Shown: positions 10,145 through 13,168 of the stretch, in pieces
Layout: every line of letters begins with the position of its first letter
How positions within the stretch are numbered: position 1 is the first letter of the stretch
Origin: Octopus sinensis
Lineage: Eukaryota
Direction: 5' to 3'
Assembly (NCBI RefSeq): GCF_006345805.1
Contig: NW_021826128.1
Span: 1-13,168 of the forward strand
DNA: 13,168 bases
Translations under genes and position numbers: made by a program
The notes under the pieces: model-generated
Told to the model about the DNA's origin: nothing
The model's database searches: none
Seen by the model: the letters and a program-made list of their open reading frames with translations, nothing else

Positions 10145-10146
10145 AT
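9700..10146. repeat. (CTA)n/(CTG)n trinucleotide low-complexity array
   Basis: Visible; explains the poly-S and poly-V ORFs on the minus strand. Confidence 0.93.
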
Positions 10147-10260
10147 TACGGGCATGCGCTGCGCAACAGTTTTGAAGATAATGAAAATAACTGAAACAGG
10201 AGTAAAGACGTCCCGTTAGTGTTTCGTTGCAAGAAGCAAATATTTTCTGTCTTTTCACAG

Positions 10261-10371
10261 GGACAAGTAGGTGGTCCGTCTCATGATGGAGCCAGTTCCA
10301 CAGGATTTCGTATTTATCATCCATATTTTAACAATACGAATGGATATAGATTTAAATTTACTGCCAAAGAC
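10261..10371 (+). CDS. Possible 111-bp phase-0 internal exon of an unidentified host gene (GQVGGPSHDGASSTGFRIYHPYFNNTNGYRFKFTAKD)
   Basis: Preceded by a strong acceptor tattttctgtcttttcacAG, followed by GTGTGT, length divisible by 3 and open in frame. No homology recognised. Confidence 0.35.
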
Positions 10372-10555
10372 GTGTGTGTGTGTGTGCGTATACGTGTGTA
10401 AGGGTGTGTGTCTGTGTGCTTTTATGTGCGTAGTTATATGGCAAAAAGGGGAAAAAAAAACATTTTAAAATACTTATTATGTGAGGTATCATTAGTCTCA
10501 CCGTTTCGTTTATCAGGCCAAGTCTTTCATCGTGTGTTATAAAAATATTATTAGA

Positions 10556-10701
10556 ACACACACACACAACACACACACACACACACACACACTCACACGC
10601 ATACATATATTTGTGTGTCTCTCACTGTAATATAAAGATAAGGAGTAGATATAACTATACAGATCTCTCTCTTTCATTCTTTTCTCTCTCTCTCTCTCTC
10701 T

Positions 10702-10745
<44 letters not shown>

Positions 10746-11154
10746 GCATGTATATACATGTAGATTAGGTACGTACCATAGGTATGTATGTATGCCTATA
10801 TTTTATTAACATATGCATATATTTTATTTAATATATATATATTACTAATATATATATGTATGTAAATATATATATGTATGTGTATATATATTTATAGAAA
10901 GAGAGTGTGTGAGAGAGAGAAAATTGCATAGAAAGATGGCTAACGGACACCAAGGAAAGCGCACACATGCTTATCCCTCATCAATTATCAACCGAAAATC
11001 CTCACAGCTTCGCACGTATATATATATATATATACATACATACATACATACATACATACATACATACATAATATTATATATATACATACATAAATACATG
11101 TATGCATATGTATATATATATGTATATATGTATATGTATGTGTATATGTAAGTA

Positions 11155-11223
<69 letters not shown>

Positions 11224-11240
11224 GGAAAGAGAGAGAGAGA
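10556..11240. repeat. Cluster of (CA)n, (TC)n, (TA)n and (CATA)n microsatellites
   Basis: Visible runs with short unique spacers. Confidence 0.9.
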
Positions 11241-12129
11241 AAAAGCATTGGAGAATTTCTTTTGAAAACGCACCTGAATCTCAAAACGTGTAGTAGTTTT
11301 TAAATTTTGTAATAGATTTATTCAAATACCAAACCGGTTTCGACATTGTTTTTCTTATCGTAAAAATAAAGAAATAAAGAGTTTTGGAGAGTTTAAAGTT
11401 ACAAGGTACACATGCATACATATTTACGAAATTATTGTAGAAAATAATATTTCTTGATAAAATCACAATATTTGCAAAACGAATTCTTTAAATTCAAATT
11501 TATTCATTATATAAAAACTATACAAATCTGTGTGTGCACATGCGCGCGAAAGAAAAGAACTAATCAATAAATTCTACAGACAGTTAATGGTTTGCAATTC
11601 CATTACATTAAGATTCACACAAAGGTATTTTAGCACCGTGTGAAACTTTGAGTAATGCCTTAATGAATCCATGACTGCTTAATCATAACTATATGTGTGG
11701 TCGTGTGCAACGACCACACTGATATGCAACAGCAACTCTTTCCGTTGCATATCGACGAAAATTGTAAATACAGCTGAGAAAAAAATTGTGCTTTTGAATA
11801 CAAACGACGTCTGTGATATTTGTTCCGCCCGAGTAGCACAGACAATGCCTTGTCATTTACACCATAATCAAAGATTATTGTACAGGCGTAACTAGTAACC
11901 AAAAGCATTCTTAGAATATTTAGACAATAAAATTTTTGAGGTAAAGGCAAGCTAGGTTCATAACCACATGTAGGTTTTAAATCCCTATAATATAGCAATG
12001 ATATTTAAATACGTTTACACCAGTTGTGCTTTTTTAATTTCTAATATTTACGGTAATGAAAAATCGATTAAATTGGCACAAATAATTGACAGATTCTTTA
12101 TAATTTCAATCTCCACCAGGGTGAAGCCG

Positions 12130-12430
12130 TCTGCTACATTTACCGTCTGCATCAATGTTAGTGTAGTTATCGTCTGTTATTACAGTTGCCGTTTGCTAAT
12201 AAAGTTATTGTTGTTACAGTTGCTAGTGACATGATTATCGTCTACATCAGTTAAGCAGCTATAGTCTGATGGATTTATTATCTGTCACAGAAATATATTT
12301 TGTCACAGTTGTCGCCTGTCACTAGAGTTATCGCTGTCATAGTTATTTGTGTCTAACTACGTCAGATTTATCTTTTACACGGTTATCGACTGCTGCATTC
12401 ATAGTCTTTCTGTATGGCTATTGCCTGTTA
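12130..12430. repeat. Degenerate minisatellite, approximate consensus CAGTTATCGTCTGTCA
   Basis: Recurring variants gttatcgtctgt, gattatcgtcta, gttgtcgcctgt, gttatcgctgt, ggttatcgactg, gctattgcctgt. Confidence 0.6.
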
Positions 12431-12555
12431 TATTAAAAATAACCTCTGATATCAAACAGTTGGTGTCGTCACTAAAGCAACTTTGGTTTTCACCACCGCC
12501 ATTTTGGCTAAGATAACAGAAGCGACAGGTTGAGCGGTTTCTGTTTCACCTCTGC

Positions 12556-12985
12556 TTCATGGCCAAGAGAAGAGTCGGGCATAGCTGTGTACTATTCTCT
12601 ACCCTATTTAACTTATACACTGGGAAAAGCTCCAGAGAAACAAATAATAAAAGACTTGCCTGCAGTGACCATAGGTGGTCTGAAGATCAACAATCTGAAA
12701 TAAGCAGACGATACTGCTCTAAATTCCACCAGGGATTACCTGCAGAACTTGATAACTAGAGTAAATTAGAAAGAAATGTCCATAGAATGGAAATGAATGT
12801 AAAGAAAACAAAATCCATGGTAAGCACAGCAGCCACCCAAAATAAATATTACAATTGAAGAAAAGCCAATTCAACACACACCAAAGATAATAAATACCAG
12901 CGACATATATGCTATGAGAAAACGGGAAATGTGAGGCAAAAATCGAAAGAATTGTGGTTAAAATTGATTCAAGGTCATTTAAAAA
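12556..12985 (+). mobile_element. Decayed RTE-type LINE reverse transcriptase fragment
   Basis: KRRVGHSCVLFSTLFNLYT (decayed RGVRQGCxLSPxLFNLY), VTIGGLKINNLK*ADDTAL (YADD with Y>stop at 12701-12712), LQNLITRVN and MEMNVKKTKSMV; multiple frameshifts and stops. Confidence 0.88.
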
Positions 12986-13039
12986 AACAATGATTAAATA
13001 TATTGATTTCAAATTTTGGAAAAAAGGCCAGCAAATTTT

Positions 13040-13168
13040 GGGGAGGGAATAAGTCGATTACATCGGCCCCAGCGTTCAGCTGGTATTTATATAATCGACC
13101 CCGAAAGGATGAAAGGCAAAGTCGACCCCAGCATAATTTGAACTCAGAATGTGAAGACGGACGAAATG
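13040..13168 (-). mobile_element. tRNA-derived SINE of a second family, cut by the window edge
   Basis: Minus strand has box B-like GAGTTCAAAT (13136-13145) followed by gtcgactttgcctttcatcctttcggggtcgat, a central-domain motif I recall from many metazoan SINEs. Confidence 0.75.

Noticed and set aside
9578-10324. 248-aa Ser-rich minus-strand ORF
   Set aside because: Driven by (AGT)n/(AGC)n repeats; the unique N-terminus resembles nothing I recognise.
11685-11766. Type III hammerhead reading of the double hairpin
   Set aside because: The core would be CUGAUAU and is sequestered in the second stem; stem III does not pair.
11695-11895. CDIC...PCHLH as a RING or zinc-finger exon
   Set aside because: The remaining metal ligands are absent and no splice sites support it.

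Overview
AT-rich, microsatellite-saturated, non-coding eukaryotic DNA. The SINE and LINE families look like those of octopus/cephalopod genomes (recognised from memory, not searched). There is no intact protein-coding gene; nearly all ORFs in the track are translations of simple repeats. Recognisable content: a 5'-truncated R4/Dong-type non-LTR element (restriction-like endonuclease C-terminus plus 3' UTR) inside a (CATA)n tract, two decayed RTE-type LINE fragments, three tRNA-derived SINE copies, a 320-bp tandem duplication and one possible 111-bp internal exon. The main discovery is at 5568-6650: an array of a ~355-bp non-coding unit arranged as a large inverted repeat. Each full unit carries a type I hammerhead ribozyme with a C3U core variant and a palindromic stem III, i.e. 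a candidate non-LTR retrozyme (self-cleaving circular-RNA retroelement). A second, unrelated Penelope-like minimal hammerhead lies about 160 bp downstream.
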